NCBI GenBank assembly: GCA_002418865.1
Contig: DIEY01000003.1
Span: forward strand, 31,062-95,061
Reading direction: 5' to 3'
DNA from: Bacteroidales bacterium UBA5762
Lineage (GTDB): Bacteria; Bacteroidota; Bacteroidia; Bacteroidales; TTA-H9
DNA: 64,000 nt
Positions 9,908 to 19,574 of the stretch are shown piece after piece. The first letter of the stretch is position 1, and every line of letters begins with the position of its first letter. The notes below the pieces were generated by a model that saw only the letters and a program-made list of their open reading frames with translations, was not told the origin of the DNA and did no database searches. Both the position numbers and the translations under genes were made by a program.

Positions 9908-10141
9908 ACTACAAATTTCAAAATTTCCGGAGTTATCATTCGCCAAAACAATTTATTACGTGAACCGGTTCGATAAAAATAAGAAATTCAGATGTATGTC
10001 AACGTACTAATGCTAATTATTTGATGTCCTCATATTAATTTTTGACAGCCGCAATTGAATTGGCAAACCTACGAAATTTCGATTCAAAAAAAATTTTTAA
10101 AAAGTTAGGTAAGTCAGCAGTAAAAAACTCTAAAATAGCAT

Positions 10142-11437
10142 TCAAACGATTTCGGCCACCACAAAGGCACTTCCACTTACTAAAATCATGTCGCTGGATG
10201 AGGCCGAGGCAGATGCAGCACTAAAGGCTTCCTCCACGCTCGAATAAACATTCCCGTGCAAGCCAAATTCATTGGCTTCAGCAGCCAGTTGGTAAGCATC
10301 TTTTCCACGAGGAATATTGGGGCGGCAAAAATAATAAGTAGCCTCTTTAGGAAGTAGTTTCAAAATAGCATGGCTGTCTTTATCAGAAACCATCCCCAGC
10401 ACAAAATGCAAATGATCGTACCTCATCTTTCCCACTTGCTTCGTTAATTCTCCTATGCCAGGCTCATTATGAGAAATATCGGCTACAGTTAAGGGATTTT
10501 TCGATAGGATTTGCCAGCGCCCTTTCAATCCAGTATGGTGTATAACATTTCTAATTCCATCTATGATCATTGAGTCAGTCAATGAATATCCTAAATGTTT
10601 CAAAACCTCGATTGCAGCTATTACCGTTTTAATATTTTTTGTTTCATACTCCGCAGCAAGCGGACTGTTGAGGTCAAACACATTTCCCGAAGAGGTCTTC
10701 AGTCTAAGCTTCAAAACATCGTTTTCAAAATCATAGCTAAAATTTTCGATATTTATCATTTCATCAGCCCAATAAATAGATGCATTGGCTTCGAAAGCCT
10801 TTTCAATAAAAACAGAGTCGGTTTCGGGTTGATGTTCACCAATAACAACAGGTATATTGGGTTTGATGATGCCAGCCTTTTCTCTAGCTATTTGGGCAAG
10901 AGTAGAACCTAAAAATTGCTGGTGGTCAAGTCCAATGTTAGTAATTATACTCAATTCCGGCATAACAACGTTGGTTGAATCGAGTCTTCCGCCCATACCA
11001 GTCTCTATAATCGCAATATCTACCTTTTGTTCGCTAAACCATTTTGCTGCCAAGGCAAAACTCATTTCAAAAAATGAAGGTTCTATTATTTCGAATGAAA
11101 ATTTATTTTCTTGAATGAATTTGGCCACAAAGTCTTGGGGGATAAGCTCACCGTTTATGGTAATTCTTTCTCTAAAATCGCGTAAATGTGGTGAAGTAAA
11201 TAAAGCAGTTTTTGCACCCGATTCCATGAAAATAGAGGCTAAAAATGAGGCAATGCTACCTTTACCATTAGTTCCCGCAATATGAATTGAACGAAAGGCA
11301 AGATGAGGGTTCCCTAATTTTTCACAAAGGTAGATGGTGCGGCTTAAATCAGCTTTATAGGCAGCACCTCCAATTCGGGTAAACATGGGCAATTGCTGAA
11401 GAATATAATCCACAGCTTCTATATAAGTCATAAACAA
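10142..11437 (-). CDS. folC: Bifunctional folylpolyglutamate synthase / dihydrofolate synthase
   Basis: Mur-ligase P-loop HIAGTNGKGS, followed by TSPHL, GMGGRLDSTNV and ITNIGLDH. Confidence 0.87.
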   Translation of the reverse strand: MFMTYIEAVDYILQQLPMFTRIGGAAYKADLSRTIYLCEKLGNPHLAFRSIHIAGTNGKGSIASFLASIFMESGAKTALFTSPHLRDFRERITINGELIPQDFVAKFIQENKFSFEIIEPSFFEMSFALAAKWFSEQKVDIAIIETGMGGRLDSTNVVMPELSIITNIGLDHQQFLGSTLAQIAREKAGIIKPNIPVVIGEHQPETDSVFIEKAFEANASIYWADEMINIENFSYDFENDVLKLRLKTSSGNVFDLNSPLAAEYETKNIKTVIAAIEVLKHLGYSLTDSMIIDGIRNVIHHTGLKGRWQILSKNPLTVADISHNEPGIGELTKQVGKMRYDHLHFVLGMVSDKDSHAILKLLPKEATYYFCRPNIPRGKDAYQLAAEANEFGLHGNVYSSVEEAFSAASASASSSDMILVSGSAFVVAEIV

Positions 11438-11468
11438 TCTTTTTTGCTATGAAAGAACAAATTAAAAT

Positions 11469-13868
11469 TTAGAAAGGATAACCAATCCCAAAGTTCCAAA
11501 CAAGGTCTGATAGCTGAGATTTTGGAAGCAACCATCTCTGTCCTTCTGGTTTTGCAGGATCGAGAAGAGGTAAGGCAGCATCCAAACGAAATACAAAATA
11601 GGTAAAATCGAATCGAAAACCAATACCTGCGTCGAGGGCAATTTCCTTTAAGAAGGTCTTAGAGTTAAACAAACCACCCGGATATAAAGGGTTAGATTTA
11701 ACCAGCCAAATATTCCCTGCATCCATAAAAAAGGCTCCCCTAAAAAAGTTATAAATGGGGAAACGATATTCGAAGTTTGTTTCGAAGTGCACATCGCCCA
11801 TACGATTATAAGTTTGGCCTCCTTCTCCAGAAAAATGCCCTGGGCCTAACATTCGAAGAGTCCATCCTCGCATGCCGTTTGCACCTCCTGCAAAAAATCC
11901 TTTTTCAAAAGGCAGATAATTGCTGTTTCCATAAGGAATTGCAGCACCTGCAAAAACCCTCATTGCCAAAGTAGTATTCGGATTCAACATATAAAAATAT
12001 CGAAAATCGCTACTGGCTTTTAAATACTGGGCATAAGCAATTCCTAAAAAAGTAAATTCATTATTCAAATTTCGTGAAACATTGGCTATTTCATCAATAG
12101 CATATAGAACATTGCCCGATGATTCAAAATCGAAACGAAAATATTTATAATTATGAAATTTACCAATTTCCTGATTTGTAAATATATAACTGTATTTTAA
12201 GGCAGGTATCAAATGGTCGCTGTATTGACTACGAATTCCTTGGTCATTAAATGAATCGATAAGATGCTGAAACGAAGGTGTTGCATATATTTTTATGGCA
12301 TTCAATTCAATAGGCGTTAATAAATGACTCTTAAAATCGGAAACTCTCAATTGAAATGAAAAAGCTCCATTAGTTATATGTCGAATATAATCGGGACGAT
12401 TTTGATAATTATAGCCCACCATCAGATTTGATTTAGGACGCATTGAACTGGGCAGCTGAATTCCTTTCAAAGGCCATACAAAACGTGGAAACGAAAGATT
12501 TAATTCTGCTCCGGTTTCATAAGTATTAAATAAAAGCAGCTTGTTTTGAGAAGTTTGCCCAAACGATTTTTGCATTTCGGCGGCTCCTCTTAGTTTTAAT
12601 CTTAATAGCTCTGCACCTCTAAAAACATTTCTATTGGTATATACTATATTTCCCGATAATCCTAAATCACCTCCTGTATTTGTAACTTCGGTCTCGATAG
12701 TAAAACCTTGAACTTCAGTTCGTGATAAATAAATATAACAATCGAGCTGCCCGCGCCTTGTCTTCGTAATATCGGCAGTATCGGCTAATCTAAATTCTAT
12801 GTTGATAAATCGATAGATGGGAAACTCGGCTAAATCACGAAAAGTAAGCTCTGCATCATTTAATCGGTATATATCACCTGAATGTAAATAAATAGCTCGA
12901 GAAACTATTTTTGGCTGAATCTTCAAAGGTTCATTATAAATAAAATATAAATATTCAGTATTAGCTTCAGAAGTATCATCTGGTGAACGTTGGTATAATA
13001 AAGTATCTGAAAATGAATTTGCTTCCAATTGGCTGTTGTATTGTGGAAACACATAAATATTTCTAATAATATATTGATGATGCAAATTTGACCAATAGGT
13101 TGAAGGATCGGGGCTCGAACCTGTTAAACTTATGGGGTTCAGAATTAACATCTTTATATCTAAGCTATTCCGACCAACAGTAGTATCTAATTCATAGAAA
13201 ACATAATCATTCGTAAAGAAATAAAATCCTGAGTTTCTTAATTCTGTAGTTAACCTTTCTCTTTCACGTTCTAATAAATAATAATCGTAAGTCTCTCCAG
13301 ATCGAATGCTAGAATTTTTCATCATTTGTTGAGAATAGCGATATATGAGAGTATCTTCGGCTTCAATTTGAAAATTTCGTATTATGTAAGGTTGGTTTAA
13401 CTCGACGTGATAAACTACTTCGGCCTTTTTGTCCTTCAGAATCTCCTCACTTTTTACCGATGCATTGAAATATCCTTTGTTAATTAAATAATTTCTGATA
13501 TTTCTTTCGCTTGATATAGTAAGATTAGGATCATATATAGAGGGAGGCTTTCCGCCAAGACGTCTAAGCCAATCACGAAATTTCGTGGGTTTCCAATTTT
13601 CAGTTTCATTATATAGCCAAAGATTGATATGAAATAGACGAAGAAATTTCTTATTAGGGGCTTGCGAGATATATTTCTGTATTTCAGAAGAATTCATCTG
13701 TTTTTCAGGCTCTATCTTTACCTTGTTTTCTGTGAGTAAATATTTCTTGTCGGGTAGCTTTTTAGTTGGATTACAACCCGTTATAATTAAAAGTATAATG
13801 ATGAATACTATGCTATAATTGTTATTCAAGACTTCTGATCCTATTGTGCAAAGATAAAAATTGCACAT
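11469..13868 (-). CDS. BamA/TamA-family (Omp85, surface antigen D15) outer-membrane protein
   Basis: 799 aa with a signal/lipobox-like N-terminus (LLIITGCN) and POTRA-like repeats. The C-terminal beta-barrel ends in the aromatic terminus GIGYPF. Confidence 0.7.
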   Translation of the reverse strand: MCNFYLCTIGSEVLNNNYSIVFIIILLIITGCNPTKKLPDKKYLLTENKVKIEPEKQMNSSEIQKYISQAPNKKFLRLFHINLWLYNETENWKPTKFRDWLRRLGGKPPSIYDPNLTISSERNIRNYLINKGYFNASVKSEEILKDKKAEVVYHVELNQPYIIRNFQIEAEDTLIYRYSQQMMKNSSIRSGETYDYYLLERERERLTTELRNSGFYFFTNDYVFYELDTTVGRNSLDIKMLILNPISLTGSSPDPSTYWSNLHHQYIIRNIYVFPQYNSQLEANSFSDTLLYQRSPDDTSEANTEYLYFIYNEPLKIQPKIVSRAIYLHSGDIYRLNDAELTFRDLAEFPIYRFINIEFRLADTADITKTRRGQLDCYIYLSRTEVQGFTIETEVTNTGGDLGLSGNIVYTNRNVFRGAELLRLKLRGAAEMQKSFGQTSQNKLLLFNTYETGAELNLSFPRFVWPLKGIQLPSSMRPKSNLMVGYNYQNRPDYIRHITNGAFSFQLRVSDFKSHLLTPIELNAIKIYATPSFQHLIDSFNDQGIRSQYSDHLIPALKYSYIFTNQEIGKFHNYKYFRFDFESSGNVLYAIDEIANVSRNLNNEFTFLGIAYAQYLKASSDFRYFYMLNPNTTLAMRVFAGAAIPYGNSNYLPFEKGFFAGGANGMRGWTLRMLGPGHFSGEGGQTYNRMGDVHFETNFEYRFPIYNFFRGAFFMDAGNIWLVKSNPLYPGGLFNSKTFLKEIALDAGIGFRFDFTYFVFRLDAALPLLDPAKPEGQRWLLPKSQLSDLVWNFGIGYPF

Positions 13869-13972
13869 TTATCATATTCAATTTTACATTCTCATGACTT
13901 ATAATCTAAATTTGGATTATATTATTAAATTGAATCAATAAGATTGAATAGGTGATAATTTTTAACGAAAAA

Positions 13973-14005
13973 TTTGGAAGTATATGGAATAATACCTTAC
14001 CTTTG
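13973..14005 (+). promoter_or_regulatory. Bacteroidetes sigma-A type promoter for tRNA-Val
   Basis: TTTG at 13973-13976, a 21-nt spacer, then TACCTTTG (TAnnTTTG) at 13998-14005. The tRNA starts at 14021. Confidence 0.55.
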
Positions 14006-14020
14006 CCGCGCAAATGAAAG

Positions 14021-14095
14021 GGGAGCTTAGCTCAGTTGGTTTAGAGCATCTGCCCTACAAGCAGAGGGTCATAGGTTCGACTCCTATAGCTCCCA
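14021..14095 (+). tRNA. tRNA-Val (anticodon TAC)
   Basis: Cloverleaf folded by hand: acceptor GGGAGCT/AGCTCCC, D-stem GCTC/GAGC, anticodon stem TCTGC/GCAGA with loop CCTACAA, and T-arm ATAGG-TTCGACT-CCTAT. CCA is not encoded. Confidence 0.95.
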
Positions 14096-14103
14096 CAAGC
14101 CCG

Positions 14104-14137
14104 AGAGAATGTTGAAGAATTGACATTCTCTTTTTTG
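14104..14137 (+). terminator. Rho-independent terminator after tRNA-Val
   Basis: AGAGAATGT (14104-14112) pairs with ACATTCTCT (14123-14131) and is followed by TTTTTTG. Confidence 0.75.
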
Positions 14138-14427
14138 TTTCAAAACTTTAAATTTTGGAAAGATTCTAAAATTTTGTCAGAGACCGTAATAAGGATTCTC
14201 ATTGTTGAAAACTTTTTCATCTTTCTAAATTACGGAATTTTTACACCTTAAGATTATACCTTATCTTTTAAAAATACAGATTCATGATCTTATAGAATGG
14301 ATGCAGTATATGGCAAAATTTTTGCATATAAAATAGAGCATTCTATCTATTTAAGTTCCTTCATATTAATTGAATATGTTGGAATTACAAAAAGGGATTC
14401 TATAAAATTAAAAAGGAAGATTTATTG

Positions 14428-15018
14428 ATGAATAACGACGAAAAAAATAAACTGGCTTCAATCGTACTAGCTCCATATATTCAAAAAGCCTATGCTCTCA
14501 TCGGGATTCACCGCGAAACGGGTGGAAATCAGTTTAGACATGCTATGGCTACTATGAGTATTCTTATCGATTATCATTACATTGACCCCGTTCTTTTAAA
14601 AGCGGGCATACTTCATGACCTTTTAGAAGATTTTCATGAAGCAAGAGAAGAAAATATCCGTGAAATACAAGATGAAGATGTGGAAAATGTGATTAAACTC
14701 GTTAAAGAAGTGACACGCAATCCTCATGAAACTAAAAGAGAATTTTACGAAAGATTGCTTCATCATGGCAGTGAGAAAGCTAAAATATTGAAATGTGCTG
14801 ACGTAATTAGCAACCTTACCGATTTGCATATCGATAATATCTCCTCCAATAAAATTAAAACCAATTTGGATCTTTATGAAGAGATTATTCTTCCTATGGC
14901 ATGGGAAGTCAACAAAAATATGCACTATGAAATAGAAGACCTTATCCATTCGAGGCGTATTTATGTTAAGTCTTACCACAAGGATTGGCTCACGAGTCTT
15001 TTAAAAAAGAATATTTAA
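14428..15018 (+). CDS. Small stand-alone HD-domain protein, RelA/SpoT-hydrolase-like (possible small alarmone hydrolase)
   Basis: About 196 aa. Motifs are NQFRHAMAT and AGILHDLLEDF (compare LLHDVVED in the long RSH at 56160-58421). There is no synthetase, TGS or ACT domain. The ORF-track start at 14425 is a TTG, immediately followed by an ATG. Confidence 0.6.
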   Translation: MNNDEKNKLASIVLAPYIQKAYALIGIHRETGGNQFRHAMATMSILIDYHYIDPVLLKAGILHDLLEDFHEAREENIREIQDEDVENVIKLVKEVTRNPHETKREFYERLLHHGSEKAKILKCADVISNLTDLHIDNISSNKIKTNLDLYEEIILPMAWEVNKNMHYEIEDLIHSRRIYVKSYHKDWLTSLLKKNI

Positions 15019-15021
15019 ATT

Positions 15022-15870
15022 CTATGCATCGATTCGATGAAATTGCACCAACAAATCGATAGGATTTTGAATGACGACTGAAACCTGATAATGATAAGCT
15101 GAGGCAACTTGTCTTAATATTTCTTCAAAAGCCCAAGCCACTGAACCTGTAAAGCGTATCTCATTATCTCGATTCGAATCAGTGATGGGTTTTAACAGCT
15201 TGAAAAAATCATCAAATGAAGTATATACTATTGATTTCAATTGATTATCTTGCAAATTCGCCTTAACAAAAGATACTAAGCTTGCCAGAAATCGATTAGG
15301 AAAAGGTTTGGAATAAATGGTCTCTAAGAATTCAGAAAGTTGAAAAGGAAATTGCTGGCGAAATTTTTCGGCTAAAAATTCATCGAGTTGATCCTCTAAA
15401 TATTTTTTGAGCAAACGTTTACCGATATCTGCACCGCTTCCTTCGTCTCCCAGAATAAACCCTAAAGACTTCATGCTCCAAGTAATCTCATTTCCATCAT
15501 AATAACATGCATTACAACCAGTTCCTAAAATTCCTGTATAACCCGATCGATGTTGCCACAAAGCCCTACATGCGCCCAAAAGATCGGAAGCAACATTAAG
15601 ATGGGCTTCGGGAAATAATCTTCTTAAATTTTCCTCAATATTCCTTTGCTGAAGAGTATTCCCACACCCTGTTCCATAGTAATAAATTTTTGAGATTTTA
15701 CCCTCATGTATCCAATTTTCCGGCAGTTCTTTTAATAGTTGTTGCTGAATCGATTCCGCATCCATAAAATAGGGATTGATTCCTAAGGAAGTAATGGCCT
15801 GCACTCTACCATCATCCAACAATAAACGCCATTCTGTCTTCGTAGAGCCACTATCCACAATTAGAATCAT
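15022..15870 (-). CDS. BadF/BadG/BcrA/BcrD-type ATPase, N-acetylglucosamine kinase-like
   Basis: ASKHA-fold motifs: MILIVDSGSTKTEW (phosphate 1), GTGCG, GILGTGCNA and GDEGSGA. A start at 15870 gives an ATGA overlap with the dgkA stop. Confidence 0.7.
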   Translation of the reverse strand: MILIVDSGSTKTEWRLLLDDGRVQAITSLGINPYFMDAESIQQQLLKELPENWIHEGKISKIYYYGTGCGNTLQQRNIEENLRRLFPEAHLNVASDLLGACRALWQHRSGYTGILGTGCNACYYDGNEITWSMKSLGFILGDEGSGADIGKRLLKKYLEDQLDEFLAEKFRQQFPFQLSEFLETIYSKPFPNRFLASLVSFVKANLQDNQLKSIVYTSFDDFFKLLKPITDSNRDNEIRFTGSVAWAFEEILRQVASAYHYQVSVVIQNPIDLLVQFHRIDA

Positions 15871-16262
15871 AAGGATACTATAAATCGAACTATGTGAGGA
15901 AGAAAAACTATAAAACCTACAACAAACGCACAAACAGCGGCTATTAAAACTCCGCTGGCAGCAAGGTCTTTAATAACTTTAATCTTAGGATGATATTTCT
16001 CTGTAGAAACTTCGTTGCTAAGTTTTTCGATGGCAGTATTAAAAGCCTCGGCCAATAAGACCAGTCCCGAAGCCAAAATCACTGAAATCCATTCGTAGAT
16101 TCTGATTCTAAAAATAAAACCAGCTATTATGGTAATGATAAGAATTAGAATTTCGATACGAGCATTCTTCTGGCTTTTCATCATCTCCATCAGACCTTGG
16201 CCTGCATACTTGAAACTTTGAATCAGCCTCACCTTATTACTATTGTTGGTTTTTAGCTCCAT
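15867..16262 (-). CDS. dgkA: Diacylglycerol kinase / undecaprenol kinase family
   Basis: About 130 aa with three TM helices, SFKYAGQGL near the N-terminus, and AEAFNTAIEKL (DgkA signature E..NTAIE). Confidence 0.8.
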   Translation of the reverse strand: MELKTNNSNKVRLIQSFKYAGQGLMEMMKSQKNARIEILILIITIIAGFIFRIRIYEWISVILASGLVLLAEAFNTAIEKLSNEVSTEKYHPKIKVIKDLAASGVLIAAVCAFVVGFIVFLPHIVRFIVSL

Positions 16263-17430
16263 TATCGAGAATATTCAAAGCCTGCAAAACGTCATCAATC
16301 AATATTTCAGAAGATTCCAATCCACAATAAAAGCGTACAATACGCCATGAAAGTTCATTGGCTTCAGGATGTTCAAAATCATAAACAGTGATGGCAGGAT
16401 CGACCAAAGACTCGAATCCTCCCCAAGAAACAGCCTTTAAAAAATGTTTCAAATTATTACAGAACAGAATTACTTCATCAGGGGTATCTACATTCAATTC
16501 GATAGAAAACAAACCGCTACAGTCTTTCATTTGACTTCGAGCGATGTCGTTTTTAGGGTGTTGAGCATGAAAAGGATAAAAAATCCTTTTAATGCGAGGA
16601 TGGTTATCTATGGCCTTTATCAGTGCCTTAGCATTGGCAGTGCTTCGCTGAAGGCGAATTTCGAGAGTTCTTAAGCCTCTGAGCATTAACCAAGCTTCAA
16701 ATGGCAGCAACACAGCACCAAAGGCAAGATATTCGGAATCATAAATTTTGCGAATCATTTCTTTGTTACCGGCTAAAACTCCTGCTACTACATCACTATG
16801 ACCCGAAAGATATTTCGATGCCGAATGCAAAACAAGGTCAACCCCCAATGATAAAGGCGACTGATAGAGAGGGGTTGAATAACTATTGTCGATTATTGTT
16901 TTGATTCCTTTAGATCGTGCCACTTCAGCGACTGCTCTAATATCGGTTATCTCGAATGTAAAAGTATTGGGTGACTCTAAATAAAATAATTTTGTATTTG
17001 ATTGGCAAGCAGCCTCATAAGCCTGAGCACTTCCTTCTTCAACGAAAGTAGTCATTATGCCATATTTTGGCAATATTACCTTGCAAAAATGACTTACCCA
17101 AGTATAGGGTTTTCGAATGCAAACCAGATGATCGCCAGTGCGTAACTGGCTAAACAAGGCTGCAGCTATGGCACCGCAACCACTCGAAAAAACCAGTGCA
17201 TCTTCAGCACCTTCTAATTCGGCAATTTTATGCCTCAATATAGCTAAGGTAGGATTATTGCCCCTACTATATACAGAATAATCATATTCGTTACTCAAAG
17301 CAAGCCGCATTTGCTCAACAGTCGAAAAAACAAAATTGGAAGTTTGTATTAAAGGAGGGCTAACGGCATTGTAGTATTTCTCACGTTCTTCTCCTTCTTC
17401 GAACAAAATCTCACTTAGCGACTTCGACAT
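16240..17430 (-). CDS. Cys/Met-metabolism PLP-dependent enzyme (cystathionine beta-lyase / gamma-synthase family)
   Basis: YSRGNNPT, DNSYSTP and the PLP-lysine motif HSASKYLSGHSDVVAG. It overlaps the dgkA start by 23 nt. Confidence 0.8.
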   Translation of the reverse strand: MSKSLSEILFEEGEEREKYYNAVSPPLIQTSNFVFSTVEQMRLALSNEYDYSVYSRGNNPTLAILRHKIAELEGAEDALVFSSGCGAIAAALFSQLRTGDHLVCIRKPYTWVSHFCKVILPKYGIMTTFVEEGSAQAYEAACQSNTKLFYLESPNTFTFEITDIRAVAEVARSKGIKTIIDNSYSTPLYQSPLSLGVDLVLHSASKYLSGHSDVVAGVLAGNKEMIRKIYDSEYLAFGAVLLPFEAWLMLRGLRTLEIRLQRSTANAKALIKAIDNHPRIKRIFYPFHAQHPKNDIARSQMKDCSGLFSIELNVDTPDEVILFCNNLKHFLKAVSWGGFESLVDPAITVYDFEHPEANELSWRIVRFYCGLESSEILIDDVLQALNILDNGAKNQQ

Positions 17431-17630
17431 AAGCCAAAAATTTAATAATCCTGTTTAATATGAGGTTTAACGGCCACAAAATTATCCAAATAATCCCTGT
17501 AAAATATCATAGTTTCCTCCTTTATCATTTATCCCTCTTTTATTTCAATCCTTGACACAAGTCTATCCCCCCATCAGGATAGTAAAGTTTTAGTAATTTC
17601 GCAACTTATTAAAAATGAATCTAAATAACT

Positions 17631-18614
17631 ATGTTTTGCATTAACAATCAAAATATTAATCCTTATTTCAATTTAGCCAGCGAAGAATATCTTTTGAAGA
17701 ATTTTGAGGAAGAAATTTTTATGCTATGGAGAGATGAGCCTTCCATTATTATAGGCAAGCATCAAAATGCTCTGGCCGAAATCAATATAGATTATGTAAA
17801 AGAGAATCAAATTAAAGTTGTAAGGCGTTTAACGGGCGGAGGAGCTGTTTTTCATGATCTTGGCAATTTAAATTTTACTTTTATATCGAATTCGCCCAAT
17901 GGAAAAGCCGTTATGGATTTTGAAAAATATACTCGTCCCATTGTGGATGTTTTGATCAGTTTAGGTATTGATGCTCATTTCGAAGGGCGTAATGATATCG
18001 TTATAGATGGAAAGAAAATTTCGGGTAATGCAGAATGTGTCTATAGAAACAGGGTATTACATCATGGCACTATACTTTATTCGGCTCATTTACCCAATCT
18101 TTCATCTGCCTTAAAGGTCAATCCTTTGAAATTCCAAGACAAAGCCGTAAAATCTACCCGTAATAGGGTTGCCAACATAAGTGATTACTTGAAAAAACCC
18201 ATGGAAGTTGTCCAATTTCGTGATTTGATTTTTACCCATATCGCACAAATGTATGCTGATAGTAAGATTTATGAATTCACTACTGAAGATATTGCATTCA
18301 TTACTAATTTACAAAAGGGAAAATATGAAACATGGGAATGGAATTTTGGGAACTCTCCAGAATATAACTTTCGAAAGATTGTAAAAACTTCTGGTGGTTT
18401 TATAGAGTTTGACCTGATGGTAGAAAAAGGAATTATTACATCGGCTAAAATTTTTGGAGACTTTTTCAGCTCGAACGAGATTTCTGAAATAGAAACGGCT
18501 TTGAAAGGACTTCGACACGAATACAATGTGGTTAAACAAAAGCTGGAAGGATACGCAATAGAACGTTATTTTAATCGTGCAACACTCGATGAAGTTTTAG
18601 AAGGAATTTTCTGA
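17631..18614 (+). CDS. lplA: Lipoate-protein ligase A
   Basis: VVRRLTGGGAVFHDLGNLNF, KISGNA and HHGTILY (LplA/LipB catalytic-domain motifs), plus a C-terminal LplA domain. Confidence 0.87.
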   Translation: MFCINNQNINPYFNLASEEYLLKNFEEEIFMLWRDEPSIIIGKHQNALAEINIDYVKENQIKVVRRLTGGGAVFHDLGNLNFTFISNSPNGKAVMDFEKYTRPIVDVLISLGIDAHFEGRNDIVIDGKKISGNAECVYRNRVLHHGTILYSAHLPNLSSALKVNPLKFQDKAVKSTRNRVANISDYLKKPMEVVQFRDLIFTHIAQMYADSKIYEFTTEDIAFITNLQKGKYETWEWNFGNSPEYNFRKIVKTSGGFIEFDLMVEKGIITSAKIFGDFFSSNEISEIETALKGLRHEYNVVKQKLEGYAIERYFNRATLDEVLEGIF

Positions 18615-18624
18615 ACTTTGCTCG

Positions 18625-19536
18625 ATGAAAAATCAGAATAAAGCATATCTATACGTAGCCCTGGCCATTCTTGCATGGTCAACTATTGCTACGGCTTTCA
18701 AGATTACTTTAAGGTATATAAATTTTGTAGAATTACTCCTTTATGCCAGCCTGACTTCTACTCTTTTATTTTCGATTTATCTATTTATCAACAAAAGACT
18801 CAGGAAAGTATTTGAACGGCCTCGTAAAGAATTGTTGCGTTTGGCATTCAATGGAATATTAAACCCTTTTGTTTATTATCTTCTACTTTTAAGAGCCTAC
18901 GAATTGCTTCCAGCTCAGGAAGCCGGAACCTTAAATTATTTTTGGCCTATAATTTTAGTTTTACTCTCCATCCCCATGCTCGGCCAAAAAATAAGCTGGC
19001 TAAGCATAGTTTCCGTTTTCGTTAGTTTTATGGGAATTGTTATTATTAGTACACATGGAAAACCTTGGCTAATGCAATTCAGTAATCCCTTCGGGGTTAT
19101 ACTGGCTATTACCTGTCCCTTTATCTGGGCTATTTATTGGATTCTTAACATGAAAATAGCAGGCGATGAAGTCGAAAAACTCTTTATTGGTTTCTTAAGT
19201 GGTACCTCACTCATTATCATTTATTCGGCAATAACTCATCGCTTGAGTTTTCCACCTATAGAGGGATTAGCTGGGGCTGTGTATGTTGGAATATTCGAAA
19301 TGGGACTCACTTTTATCTTCTGGCTCAAAGCTTTAAGATATTCAAAAACAACGGCCAATATCAGCAATTTGGTTTTCCTTTCACCATTTCTTTCGCTGTT
19401 TTATATCAACTTTATTTTGAAAGAAAAAATATTGTTGAGTACCCTTGTAGGATTGATTTTGGTTATAGCAGGAATCATCATGCAGCGATATGTTCCTGAA
19501 TTAGAGCAGAAAAGGAAAGAAGTCAGGCAAAAATAA
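18625..19536 (+). CDS. EamA/DMT-family transporter
   Basis: Ten predicted TM helices in two EamA-like halves. Confidence 0.7.
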   Translation: MKNQNKAYLYVALAILAWSTIATAFKITLRYINFVELLLYASLTSTLLFSIYLFINKRLRKVFERPRKELLRLAFNGILNPFVYYLLLLRAYELLPAQEAGTLNYFWPIILVLLSIPMLGQKISWLSIVSVFVSFMGIVIISTHGKPWLMQFSNPFGVILAITCPFIWAIYWILNMKIAGDEVEKLFIGFLSGTSLIIIYSAITHRLSFPPIEGLAGAVYVGIFEMGLTFIFWLKALRYSKTTANISNLVFLSPFLSLFYINFILKEKILLSTLVGLILVIAGIIMQRYVPELEQKRKEVRQK

Positions 19537-19574
19537 ACTACAAACGAGAGAAAGGAATATATTAATTTTGCCGC

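Noticed and set aside
17431-17630. A possible SAM or other riboswitch in the 200-bp spacer upstream of the Cys/Met PLP enzyme gene.
   Set aside because: I read both strands for S-box, SAM-II and related conserved cores (for example GAGGGA...GCAACC) and found none. Only a short hairpin (CTATCC...GGATAG) is present. A covariance-model scan would be needed to be certain.
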